Shown piece by piece: positions 30,378-40,015 of a stretch of DNA of 64,000 nucleotides. The stretch is from Candidatus Eiseniibacteriota bacterium. GTDB lineage: Bacteria; Eisenbacteria; RBG-16-71-46; CAVPCR01. The stretch spans positions 480,001-544,000 of the forward strand of contig CAWGMA010000002.1 of the NCBI GenBank assembly GCA_963823555.1, written 5' to 3'. The notes under the pieces were generated by a model. It was not told where the DNA came from and searched no databases. It saw only the letters and a program-made list of their open reading frames with translations. The translations under genes and the position numbers were made by a program. Each line of letters begins with the position of its first letter. The first letter of the stretch is position 1.

Positions 30378-31003
30378 GCGCCGACGTGAGCATCTGGATC
30401 ACCGCTCTCCTCACGCTCGCCATCTTCTCCTTTCTCTACAAGGAGAACCCCGTCTTCCGCTTCGCCGAGCATCTCCTCGTCGGCGTGTCAGCCGGGTACT
30501 ACGTCGTCCAGTACTTCTACTCGGGCGTGATCAAGAAGCTCGTGGTCCCGGTGGGGCAGGACTTCGGCGCCAACTGGCCGCTCATCTTCGGCGGTGTCCT
30601 CGGCGTTCTCATGTTCACGCGTCTGTCGCGCCGCTTCGGCTGGGCGGCGCGTTACCCGATCGCCTTCTACGTCGCCGCGGGTGCCGGCTACTTCATCCCC
30701 TCGATTCTCGATGCCAACATCCTGAAGCAGGTGGGGGGTACGCTGACCGCCCCCGCGGCGGCGACGAGCCCGTGGGCCATGGTCTCGGCCTTCATCCTGG
30801 TGGCCGGCGTGATCTCGAGCCTCATCTACTTCTACTTCTCGGTCGAGCACCGGGGCCCCGTGGGCACGGCATCGCGGATCGGCATCCTGTTCCTGATGCT
30901 CGGCTTCGGTGCCAGCTTCGGCTACACGGTGATGGGGCGTATCACGCTCCTGATCGGCCGCTTCCAGTTCCTGTTCCACGACTGGCTGGGGTTGATCCAG
31001 TAG
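30374..31003 (+). CDS. Conserved polytopic membrane protein (module copy 1, gene D)
   Basis: TLAIFSFLYKENP.FRFAEHL.VG.SAGY and GFGASFGYTVMGR..LL. ATGA coupled to gene C; paralog of 39376..40011. Confidence 0.85.
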   Translation: MSADVSIWITALLTLAIFSFLYKENPVFRFAEHLLVGVSAGYYVVQYFYSGVIKKLVVPVGQDFGANWPLIFGGVLGVLMFTRLSRRFGWAARYPIAFYVAAGAGYFIPSILDANILKQVGGTLTAPAAATSPWAMVSAFILVAGVISSLIYFYFSVEHRGPVGTASRIGILFLMLGFGASFGYTVMGRITLLIGRFQFLFHDWLGLIQ

Positions 31004-31013
31004 GCGCCGCGCC

Positions 31014-31896
31014 ATGAGCCTAGCCCAGAAGATCCGAGTCGCCCGCGAGCTCTTCGCCTACCACCGTTCGCGCTCCGCCGCCTTCGCCGAGCACGATTAC
31101 CACGATGTCTATGGGGCCACCCGCGAGCGTCTGGAGCGCGCGCTCGGCAGGCCGGTCGCGGGGATGCGTGTTCTCGATATCGGCTGCGGGCAGCGCACCC
31201 CGGCGAGCCTCCTCTTCGCCGCCGCCGGGAACACGGTTGCCGGCATCGACACCGAGCTCATCACGCCCGGCCCGGGACCGATCTCCTTCCTGCGCGTGTG
31301 GCGGGCGAACGGCCTCGAGCGCGCGGCGAAGACCCTGGTGCGGCAGATCCTCTTCGATCCCGCCTATGATCGCCGTCTCTCCGAGCTCGCCGGCAAGCGC
31401 CTCTCGCGCCGCGCGCTCGATCTACGCTGCCTCTCGGTCGCCGCTCTGCCCTTCGATGACGCCAGCTTCGATGTCGTGATCTCGAACGCGGTCTTCGAGC
31501 ATCTGCCGGACGTGCCGGCGGCACTCGCCCAGGTCGCGCGCGTGCTCAAGCCGGGCGGGGTCTGCCACATCGGGATCCACCTCTTCCCGAGCCTCTCCGG
31601 CGGTCACCACATGGCGTGGGCCTTTCCCGACGAATCGGTGCCGGAGGGGATCCCGCCCTGGGATCACCTGCGCGAGAACCGCTTTCCCGCGCATGTCTAT
31701 CTCAACCGGCTCAGGGAGAGCGACTACCAGGCGGCGTTCGCCGCCGCGCCCGCGCTCGAGCTCCTCGAGTGGGTGACGGCGCGCACCGAGGGCGAGTCGC
31801 TCCTGACGCCCGAGATCGAGCGCGAGCTCGCCGAGTCGCTACACGCGGGAGGATCTCCTCAAGCGCTCGGTGATCGCGATCGCCCGCCGGCGGTAG
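31014..31896 (+). CDS. Class I SAM-dependent methyltransferase; frameshift near 31835
   Basis: VLDIGCG, LPFDDASFDVVIS, VFEHL, RVLKPGG. The plausible C-terminus RYTREDLLKRSVIAIARRR-stop is in another frame. Confidence 0.85.
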
Positions 31897-32023
31897 GGGG
31901 TGCGCCACTATTCTGGTGCAGTCGCACGGGGCGATTGCCCGATCGCTCGTCATCGTCTATGCTTCCGCTGAATGCCTCGCCCGACCAGCTTTCGGTCCGC
32001 TCCCGTCTGAGGAGGCGAAGGCC

Positions 32024-33358
32024 ATGCGACTGCTTGCCGCCCGTTCTTTCCGCGGCGCTTCCGGCTCCTTCCGTGTCCCGCCGCCTCTCGCGCTCCTGGT
32101 CATCCTCGCTCTCACTCTCCCGGTCGCAGCCGGGGCCGCCACCTACATCGTCAAGCCGGATGGAACGGGGGATCTTCCCACCATAGAAGCTGCTGTCGCC
32201 GTCGCGTCACATGGGGATGTGATCGAGCTGACCGACGGCGTCTTCACCGGTGCCGGGAACCGCGACATCGACTACGCCGGGAAGGCGGTCACCATTCGTT
32301 CACAGAGCGGCGATCCAGCAGCTTGCATCATCGATTGCGAGACTTCCCTCAATGCGCCGCATCGAGGATTTCTGTTTCAGAGCTCCGAGACGGCTGCCTC
32401 CGTGCTCTCTGGAGTCACCATCACCAACGGTGGGAACGTCGACTGGTTCGATCCCCTTGGTTACGCGGGAGGGGCCATTTACTGCCAGGATGCGTCACCC
32501 GCTATCGTCAACTGCTGGCTTATCGGCAACGGCGCCCACGCTGGGGGAGGTATCTACTCGTCCGGAGGATCACCCCAGATCGTGGACTGCAAGATCGAGA
32601 GCAACTCGGCCACACACGCCCTCGGGGGCGGAGGCGGTGGCGGTATTCTGTGCGCGGGCGGGGCTCCCATCATCCGCAGTTGCACGGTCGTCCTGAACAG
32701 CACGGGTGCCAACTTCGTCGGCCATGGCGCCGGGATCCATATCGATCACTCGGCGGCCGTCGTCGAGGACTGTGTTGTTGCCGGTAACTTCGGTGACGGC
32801 AGCGGGGGAGGCATCGCCTGTTCATTCAGCGACCTGGAGGTCGTGATCTCCCGCTGCGTCGTGAGCGGAAACATGGCCTACTGGCAGGGTGGGGGCCTAT
32901 CCGCCCGGGGCCCGGTGCGGATCGAGCACTCCACCCTCGCCGGGAATTTCTCTGCGGGTATCGACGGTGGCGGCGGCGTCGCCGTCCGTCAAGCCCATGT
33001 CGAGAACACGATCGTCTGGAACAACTGCACTCACGATGGCGTTGCGAATCAAATCTCCGTGTCCGATGCAGTCACGTTGGAGTGCAGCGCGGTCGATCCC
33101 AACGGCGTCGCCGGACCAGGGACCGTGACCTACATGGGTGACAATGTCTTCACGGACCCGCTGTTCTGCGCTCCTGCCCAGTGTTCCGATCAGGGTGGAA
33201 CCACGGAAGGCGACTATTCGATCGGCGAGAGCTCCCCGTGTGCCCCGGCCAATTCACCAGGAACTTGCGGCCTTATCGGAGCGTTGTCGGCGGGGTGTAC
33301 CAGTACGGTCGAGCACGCCACCTGGGGTGAAATCAAGGGGCGCTACAGGACCCGATAA
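32024..33358 (+). CDS. Secreted right-handed parallel beta-helix (pectin-lyase-fold) protein with C-terminal TWGxIK tail
   Basis: Signal peptide; repeated N....GGGI.C turns; C-terminal DPLFC...SPC...CGLIGA...GC...ATWGEIKGRYR. Confidence 0.85.
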   Translation: MRLLAARSFRGASGSFRVPPPLALLVILALTLPVAAGAATYIVKPDGTGDLPTIEAAVAVASHGDVIELTDGVFTGAGNRDIDYAGKAVTIRSQSGDPAACIIDCETSLNAPHRGFLFQSSETAASVLSGVTITNGGNVDWFDPLGYAGGAIYCQDASPAIVNCWLIGNGAHAGGGIYSSGGSPQIVDCKIESNSATHALGGGGGGGILCAGGAPIIRSCTVVLNSTGANFVGHGAGIHIDHSAAVVEDCVVAGNFGDGSGGGIACSFSDLEVVISRCVVSGNMAYWQGGGLSARGPVRIEHSTLAGNFSAGIDGGGGVAVRQAHVENTIVWNNCTHDGVANQISVSDAVTLECSAVDPNGVAGPGTVTYMGDNVFTDPLFCAPAQCSDQGGTTEGDYSIGESSPCAPANSPGTCGLIGALSAGCTSTVEHATWGEIKGRYRTR

Positions 33359-33415
33359 GGGCGCGGACTCGGCGCCCCCCGCCCCGATGTTCCAGTGGTG
33401 CCGAGGGCGCTACCA

Positions 33416-34189
33416 CTACAGCCGCAAGACGACCGATGCCACGGCGTAGTGCAGCCAGGCGAAGTTGTATACCTCCTCGACATCCGCTCCGCCCTCGACC
33501 GTCCGGTAGCCGGCGCGCACGCCCCAGCGGTCATCGATCTCGTAGCCGATCTTGACGGTGACGTCCTCGGCGCGACCGGGGCCGCCGGCGAGCGCATCGG
33601 CATCCACCAGGGCCAGCCATCGTTCCGTGAAGCGGTAGTGGCCAGCAATGTGGAGCAGCGGGACGAATCCCACATCGGTCTTCCGCGACGAGGTGTCCCC
33701 CTGCTCGAGCTTGATCTCGGCATCGCGGATCTTGGCTGTGAAGCCGATCCACCAGTCCCATTGCTCGCCGTCGTAGAACCGGTACCTGTAGGTGAGGCGC
33801 CACGAGTTGAACCGATACGTGGCATCGGTGGGGTCGCCGGCAGCGAAGGTGACGCCCTCGAACTGCACGGGCTCATCCAGGAGCCCAGTCCCTGTGATCG
33901 AGAGCGGCGCCGCGAGGGCGCGGAGTCCGTGCCGGCGGTTGATGTTCCAGGTCGCATAGAGCCTGGCCGCCGGTGCCGGGCCGCTGCCGATGACGTCAAC
34001 AAGAGAGAAGCGGGTTCCCTCCTCCGTGTTCGGGATCTGGACCTCATTCCGGCTCTGCCAGACCGGTCCACCTTCGAGCTCGAACTCGAAGCGGGGGGTG
34101 GGAGTCTCCGTCGGGTGTGCGGGTCGCGGCGATATCGCCAAGACGACCATGACGAGCAGGAGACTTCGGGGAATCGATGTGTTTCGCAT
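33416..34189 (-). CDS. Outer-membrane beta-barrel protein, function unknown
   Basis: Signal peptide; amphipathic strands (YRFNSWRLTYRY, GFVPLLH, GYRTVEGGAD.EEVYNFAW). Confidence 0.7.
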   Translation of the reverse strand: MRNTSIPRSLLLVMVVLAISPRPAHPTETPTPRFEFELEGGPVWQSRNEVQIPNTEEGTRFSLVDVIGSGPAPAARLYATWNINRRHGLRALAAPLSITGTGLLDEPVQFEGVTFAAGDPTDATYRFNSWRLTYRYRFYDGEQWDWWIGFTAKIRDAEIKLEQGDTSSRKTDVGFVPLLHIAGHYRFTERWLALVDADALAGGPGRAEDVTVKIGYEIDDRWGVRAGYRTVEGGADVEEVYNFAWLHYAVASVVLRL

Positions 34190-34213
34190 GCCGACCACCT
34201 TTCCGCGGCCTGA

Positions 34214-35600
34214 TCAGGTTCGAAGGAGCGGGGGGGGGGGAACCAGGTGCGACCCGCATCCCGGCGATGGCGAGCGTGGGCGCGGCGATCGAGCCATCCC
34301 AGGCGAGGTCGTGGCCGAGTGCTGTGAGCTCGCGGAGCATGTCCGGTAGCCGGCCGGCGACCAGCACGCCGGCGACCGCCGGGCCGGGCATGCCGTCCAC
34401 GATGAGCTGCCCCGCCGCGCGCAGCACATAGCTCCCGCTCCGGAGATCGAGCGGTCGCTCGCGCGCAGCGCGCAGCAGCAGGAAACCCCGCGGGATGGTG
34501 GCCATGATCTCGGCCGGGGTGAGATGCCCGGGGGTCAGGATCAGGTTCCGCGGGCCGATCGCGGGCGGCGAGCGGAAGCTCGCGCGCACGGCGTTCCCGG
34601 TCGAGCGCGTGCCGAGCCGGGCGGCCGCCGTCGCGTCGGCGAGAAAACCGGCGAGCCGGCCGCCGACGAGCGGATGGTGATAGGCGCACGGCGTGCCCTC
34701 GTCATCGGCGGGCGCGCTACCGAGACCGCCGGGGAGCGTGCCGTCATCGATCACGTTCCAGAGGTCGTTGCCCACGCGTTCCCCCAGCCGGCCGGCGAGG
34801 AACGAGGTCTTCCTGGCGATGTTCGATCCGGAGAGGGCCTGGGCGAGCGCGGCGAGGAGGTCGGCTGCGATATCGGGGGGGAAGACGACGGTCATCGCGG
34901 CCCGCGCCGGCCCTTGTTTCTGCGGAAACATCCCGGCGTCGCGGAGCGCCATCGCCCGCGTGGCCAGAGCTGGTCCGAGCCCGGCTGTCGCCAGGTCGGC
35001 GAGGCGGCGGCTCGAGCGGCGGCCTGCCGCCCAGGCTTCGGCGTTGCCGGTCGCGGCCACGAGGCCGGCGATCCCGAGCTTTCCCGCCGTGTAGGCCACA
35101 CGCACGCCGCGCGTCGAGGCGAGATGGATCTCGCTCACGCGATCCTCGTAGCGGAAATCGGCGCGGGCGAGATCCGCCCCGGCCCGAGCGGATGCCGCCT
35201 CACCGCGCAGGAGATCCAGCTTCCAGGCGAGAGGAGTGCCGATGAGCGCGGCATCGAGGAGCGCAAGAGCCTCGACCGGAATCGTCATCGTCGCCGCGGG
35301 CAGCGTCCCGGCGGGAACAGCGGTTCCGCGCCGTGCGCGGGCCACGGCCCGCGCCGCTGCGCCGGCGATCGCCTTCGCGCTGCAGGGCGCGGTTGCGAGA
35401 AAGCCGAGGCGTCCTCCGACCAGAACGCGCAGGCCGAGGCCGGTCTCCACCTTCACCTCGGTTCCGGCCTCCTCGCCGGCGAGCTGGATCGTCGTGGTGC
35501 GCGTGTGCTCGACGTATGCCTCGGCGTCGCTGGCGCCGGCGGCCAGCGCGGCATCGATGGCGCCATCGGCCAGGGCCCGAAGATCGGGTTCAGTATGCAC
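34214..35600 (-). CDS. TldD/PmbA family protein, PmbA(TldE)-like; 3' end uncertain at a G11 run
   Basis: GASDAEAY, GLGLRV..GGRLGF, SFLAGRLGERV, DDEG, STGNA.R, APTL. Lacks the catalytic HE..GH motif. The tracked frame runs into the next gene unless it shifts at 34230-34240. Confidence 0.85.
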
Positions 35601-35819
35601 GGAGTCCTCTTACCTCACCTCGATGGACTGGTCAGCGCAGACCTTATCACGCCCGGGCCGGCCGCCGGTGCAGGCCTTGCCTCGGTCCCGGTAGCCGCGT
35701 ATCTTCTACCCGTCGGCCGAGGTCCTGACCCCAGGACTCGTCCCGCGGCCGGCCGCTGCGAGTCGACCCATGCCGCCCGCCTGCCGCCCGGCCGGCGATC
35801 CAACGCCAGGTGACCTGTC

Positions 35820-36893
35820 ATGGACAACGAAAAGCCGACGTCCCCCCCCTCACGCCCGCCCAGGGCGGTCGCTCTCCTCTCCGGCGGGCTCGACTCCACC
35901 CTCGCCGTGCGTATGCTCAGGGAACAGGGAGTCGAGGTCCATGCCGTCAACTTCAACACCGGCTTCTGCCTCACCGATCACGCGCGCAAGGTGCGGAAGC
36001 CGGAGGACATGAAGAAGCTCCGCAACGAGGCGCTCAGGGCCGGGGCGGACCTCGACGTCGAGGTCGAGATCATCGACATCTCGAAGGAGTACCTCGACAT
36101 CCTGACCAACCCCAAGCACGGCTACGGCTCGGCCGCCAATCCCTGTATCGACTGCCGCATCTTCATGCTCAAGAAGGCGCGCGAGCGGATGGAGGAGATC
36201 GGCGCCGATTTCGTCGCCACCGGGGAGGTGCTCGGGCAGCGGCCGATGAGCCAGATGCGTCCGGTCATGAACCTGATCGAGCGTGAATCGGGGCTCAAGG
36301 GGAAGCTCCTGCGCCCCCTCTCGGCCCAGCATCTGCCGCCGACCGAGCCCGAGCAGCAGGGCCTCGTCGACCGCGCAGAGCTCGGTGCCCTCCGCGGGCG
36401 CACGCGCGCCGGCCAGATGGAGCTCGCCGCCAAGTTCGGTATCGACGACTTCCCGCAGCCCGCCGGCGGCTGCTGCTTCCTGACCGACCAGAACTATGCG
36501 AAGAAGTTCCGCGACTTCATGGCGCACTGGGATGGCGCGCGCGAGCTCAAGCTCGAGGACTTCCTGATTCTCAAGGTCGGGCGTCACTTCCGGCTGTCGC
36601 CACGCGTGCGCGCCATCGTCGGGCGCATGGAAGGCGAGAACAAGTTCCTCTCGTACTTCGCTGCCGGACACTGGCTCCTGACGACCCCCGATCTCCCGGG
36701 ACCCACGACCTGGGTCGACGGCGATCCCGACGAGGCCGAGTTCGCCAAGCTCGCCGCGATCACCGCGCGCTACTCCGATTGTCCGGACGGGGTGGCGACG
36801 CGCATCCTCGCCGAGCGTGATGCAGAGACCCGCGAGTTCACTGCGGAAGGCGGCATGAGTCTCCGCGAGCTCGACCGCTACCGCATCCAGTGA
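35820..36893 (+). CDS. PP-loop tRNA thiouridylase-like protein (ThiI/MnmA-related, DUF814-associated type)
   Basis: SGGLDS PP-loop, NPCIDC, TGEVLGQRPMSQ, LRPLSA, PAGGCC, GRHFR. Confidence 0.85.
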   Translation: MDNEKPTSPPSRPPRAVALLSGGLDSTLAVRMLREQGVEVHAVNFNTGFCLTDHARKVRKPEDMKKLRNEALRAGADLDVEVEIIDISKEYLDILTNPKHGYGSAANPCIDCRIFMLKKARERMEEIGADFVATGEVLGQRPMSQMRPVMNLIERESGLKGKLLRPLSAQHLPPTEPEQQGLVDRAELGALRGRTRAGQMELAAKFGIDDFPQPAGGCCFLTDQNYAKKFRDFMAHWDGARELKLEDFLILKVGRHFRLSPRVRAIVGRMEGENKFLSYFAAGHWLLTTPDLPGPTTWVDGDPDEAEFAKLAAITARYSDCPDGVATRILAERDAETREFTAEGGMSLRELDRYRIQ

Positions 36894-36913
36894 GGCCGGA
36901 GCCTCGTTCCGAC

Positions 36914-37165
36914 ATGAACGATCCAGCAACCATCCATCCCGATCGCACGATCGACACCAACGGGTTCTTCTGTCCGGTGCCCATCATCAAGACCGCCAAC
37001 GCGGTGAAGGAGATGGCGGTCGGTGAGGTGCTGCTGGTCATTGCCGACGACCGCGGCGTGCTCGTCGATATGCCGGCCTGGTGCAAGATGATGAAGCACG
37101 AGCTCCTCGCCATGGTCGAGGAGGGGGATCTGATCCGGGCCTGGGTCCGGAAGGTTCATGCGTAG
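36914..37165 (+). CDS. tusA: TusA/SirA-family sulfur carrier
   Basis: IDTNGFFCPVPII motif and D.PAWC; ~83 aa; follows the thiolase-like gene. Confidence 0.88.
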   Translation: MNDPATIHPDRTIDTNGFFCPVPIIKTANAVKEMAVGEVLLVIADDRGVLVDMPAWCKMMKHELLAMVEEGDLIRAWVRKVHA

Positions 37166-37216
37166 CGGGGAAGACGTCCTGTCGCGAGGATCGGGACGAC
37201 AAGCCTGCCGGCGAGG

Positions 37217-37387
37217 TCAGACCTGCTGCATCGCCGTCGAGACGATATCCCACAGGCGGCCGATGATCGGGCTGATCGCCATCAGGGCGATGAGAGCGGC
37301 GATCGAGATCAAGGCGGCGATGAGACCGTATTCCATCATATCGGCGCCTTCATCGTTGGCGATCAATCGGCGAAGGTGTGTGAGCAT
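37217..37387 (-). CDS. flp: Flp/Tad type IVb pilin
   Basis: 56 aa: short leader ...NDEG|ADMMEYGLIAALI with E+5/Y+6 followed by a hydrophobic helix. Confidence 0.9.
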   Translation of the reverse strand: MLTHLRRLIANDEGADMMEYGLIAALISIAALIALMAISPIIGRLWDIVSTAMQQV

Positions 37388-37469
37388 GATCCACCTGCGG
37401 GTTGCGTTCGTTTCTTGAGTCCGGGACCAACCCTCGATCCGGAGCTGTGGCGCGAACCCTAGCTCCTCT

Positions 37470-37486
37470 TGCAAGGGAGGGGCCAG
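37470..37486 (-). promoter_or_regulatory. Candidate sigma-54 promoter for flp
   Basis: Minus strand reads CTGGCCCCTCCCTTGCA (TGGC-N7-TTGC), about 83 nt upstream of the flp ATG. Confidence 0.55.
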
Positions 37487-37728
37487 ACCGTTGCGCTGCG
37501 ACAGCAGAACGCATTGTGATCCCGGCCGGTGCTTTGAATCGCATATTGCATGAGTCCTTGGTGGATTCTGCAAGCGGGCCGCTCCGATTGCATGTTCTGC
37601 ATCAGGTCGGAGCGCCTGTTCCACGATGAAGACCGGCGGGCCGGGAGCTGGATCACGAACGCCGGGAATCTGGCCGATAGCCCCGGGAGACAGCCATTTC
37701 CGGCCGTCCATCCACCACGGCGCTGCCC

Positions 37729-39330
37729 TTGAATTCGCTTGCCGACAAACAGGTTGCCGGGCCCCCGCGAGCGAGCGGCGGCCGTTCCATCCCGCGCCCA
37801 GAGAGGGTCAGCCGTCGCTTTGCCCAGGTCGGCCGGCGGCAACGCGTTCTCCTCGCCGTCACGCTCTCCGGCCTGGTGTCCCTCGCCATCGCCTATGCGT
37901 TCACCGCACCGCGTCTGGCGGCCACACCGATCGTCTCCGTTCACGCCGTCTTGCTGGCCGCGGCGGCTCTCATCGGCATCACGCTGGTCTTCTCCGCCTA
38001 CGTCCTCGCCAAGCATGGAGAGCTCGAGACCCTGCGCCGCCTCGAGGAGAGCGAGCGCGCCGAGCGTGACGCCCTTCGCGTGCGCCTGGCGGAGATCGCG
38101 GCGCTTTTCGATGCGGCCATTCTCTTGAGTCTGCATCCCGATGTCGGGCGCATGCTGAAGCTCGTGTGCACGCGCGTCGTCGCCGCCCTCGATGCCGACC
38201 TGGCTTCGGTGTTCCTGGCCGATGGCGACGGACCGCTCGAGCTCCGGGCGGCGCACGGCCGCGAGCAGCATGTGGTGACCGGTGCCGAGCTGCGGGCCGG
38301 CTCGGGGCCGCTGGGGGAGGTGGCGCTCATCGGGAAGCCGCTCCACATCGCCGGGGCGGATCTGGCCACCGGGGTGCGCGGCGAGCGAGCCCTCTCCGAT
38401 CTGCCCGTGGTCGCTGCCTTCCCGGTGCGCAGCGGACCGCGCATCGCGGGGGTGCTCGTGGTCGGCGGCGGCCGGGTGCTCGCCGAGGAGACGACGCTCA
38501 CGGCCCTCGGGCTCTTCGCCGACAGCCTGGGCGCGGCGCTGGCCCGTGTCGAGCGCGAGCGGCGCGCCGACGGGCGGAACCTGACCCTCGAACGAGCCAA
38601 TCGCGAGCTCGTCGAGCACCATCGCCAGTCCGAGATCTTCCTCGCCACCGCCACTCACGAGCTACGCACACCGCTCTCCGGCATCGTCTCCTACTCGGAA
38701 GTCCTCGCCGACTACTACGACACGATCGCCGACGACGAGCGACGCTGGCTGGCGTCGGCGCTCAATCACCAGTGCAAGGCGCTGATGGGACTCGTCGACG
38801 AGCTCTTCGATTTCGCCCGTCTGCAGAGCGGTCGGCTGACGCTCGATGCCGAGCTGGTGCGGGTGCACGAGATCGTGGCCTCGGCCTGCGATGTGGTCCA
38901 GCCCGCGGCCCGGGAGCTCGGGATCACGATCGAGCGCCAGCTCGCCGACCTCGGCCCGGTGATGCTCGACCCGACCAAGATCCGGCAGTGCGTCCTCAAC
39001 CTGCTCTCCAATGCCATCAAGTTCACCGAGCCGAGGAGCACCGTCACCGTCCGTCTGAGCGCCGCCGCGCAGGGCATCGAGGTCGCGGTCACCGACACCG
39101 GTCCCGGGATCCCGGAGCACGAGGTCGAGCGCATCTTCGAGATCTTCCACTCCGGACCGGCGCGCCGCGGGACGAAGAGCCTCGGGCTCGGGCTCTATCT
39201 CGTGAAGAGCATCATCGAGCTCCACGGCGGGACGGTGGCGGTGAAGAGCCAGCCCGGGATGGGCTCGACCTTCGCCTTCACGCTGCCCTGGGCTCCGCCC
39301 GCCCACCAGGAGGCCCCCGCGGCGGCATAG
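37729..39330 (+). CDS. Membrane sensor histidine kinase (2 TM, GAF, HisKA, HATPase)
   Basis: H-box THELRTPL, N-box NLLSNAIKFT, G1 DTGPGI, G2 GLGLYLVK. Confidence 0.93.
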   Translation: MNSLADKQVAGPPRASGGRSIPRPERVSRRFAQVGRRQRVLLAVTLSGLVSLAIAYAFTAPRLAATPIVSVHAVLLAAAALIGITLVFSAYVLAKHGELETLRRLEESERAERDALRVRLAEIAALFDAAILLSLHPDVGRMLKLVCTRVVAALDADLASVFLADGDGPLELRAAHGREQHVVTGAELRAGSGPLGEVALIGKPLHIAGADLATGVRGERALSDLPVVAAFPVRSGPRIAGVLVVGGGRVLAEETTLTALGLFADSLGAALARVERERRADGRNLTLERANRELVEHHRQSEIFLATATHELRTPLSGIVSYSEVLADYYDTIADDERRWLASALNHQCKALMGLVDELFDFARLQSGRLTLDAELVRVHEIVASACDVVQPAARELGITIERQLADLGPVMLDPTKIRQCVLNLLSNAIKFTEPRSTVTVRLSAAAQGIEVAVTDTGPGIPEHEVERIFEIFHSGPARRGTKSLGLGLYLVKSIIELHGGTVAVKSQPGMGSTFAFTLPWAPPAHQEAPAAA

Positions 39331-39375
39331 GACAGCGGTCCTGCGCAGCGGACGCGCTCGACGGTCCGCATCCGG

Positions 39376-40011
39376 CTAGAACAGCTTGCCGGTGAGGATC
39401 GTCACGTAGTCCTTGAGGAAGATGACGCGCTGGACGAGGAGAGCGACACGGCCCATCACCGTGAGACCGAACCCGGCGCCGAAGCCGACCATCAGCGTGT
39501 AGATGCCGACCCGCGACGCGGTGCCGAGAAGTCCGGTGTGGTGCTTGGAGAAGAAGAAGTAGGAGAGCGAGCAGACGAGACCGACCAGGGCGAGGAAGAA
39601 GTTGAGCCCGCCGAGCGACGCCGTCACCGGGCGGATGGTGCCCTCGACCTGCAGGAAGACTCCGGTCTTGAAGGCCAGCGGGATGAAAACACCGGTCGAG
39701 ATCCCGATGTAGAAAGCGAGCGCGTACCGGGAGAGCCAGCCCTGGCGCGGCGAGAGACGGAACCACATGAGCACGCCGAGGGCCACCGGGATCAGATAAT
39801 GCCACTGGTGATGCTGGGCGATGGGCACCCACACCTTGTCCCAGAAGCTGGTCCAGAAGAGCAGCATCGTCCAGTAGCCGGTGGTGATGCCGACCCATAG
39901 CCGCTCCACGAACTTGTAGATCGGGTTGTCGCCGATCAGGAACGAGAAGATGGCGAGCGTGACGAAGGCGGCCAGCGTCTGCCAGGCGAGAACGTCCCAG
40001 GTCGGTTCCAT
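39376..40011 (-). CDS. Conserved polytopic membrane protein (module copy 2, gene D)
   Basis: TLAIFSFLIGDNP.YKFVE.L.VG..TGY and GFGAGFGLTVMGR..LL. Confidence 0.85.
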   Translation of the reverse strand: MEPTWDVLAWQTLAAFVTLAIFSFLIGDNPIYKFVERLWVGITTGYWTMLLFWTSFWDKVWVPIAQHHQWHYLIPVALGVLMWFRLSPRQGWLSRYALAFYIGISTGVFIPLAFKTGVFLQVEGTIRPVTASLGGLNFFLALVGLVCSLSYFFFSKHHTGLLGTASRVGIYTLMVGFGAGFGLTVMGRVALLVQRVIFLKDYVTILTGKLF

Positions 40012-40015
40012 ATTC

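Noticed and set aside
34230..34240. G11 tract as a phase-variation switch
   Set aside because: It lies after the end of the conserved PmbA domain, so length changes alter only the tail. A homopolymer sequencing error is more likely.
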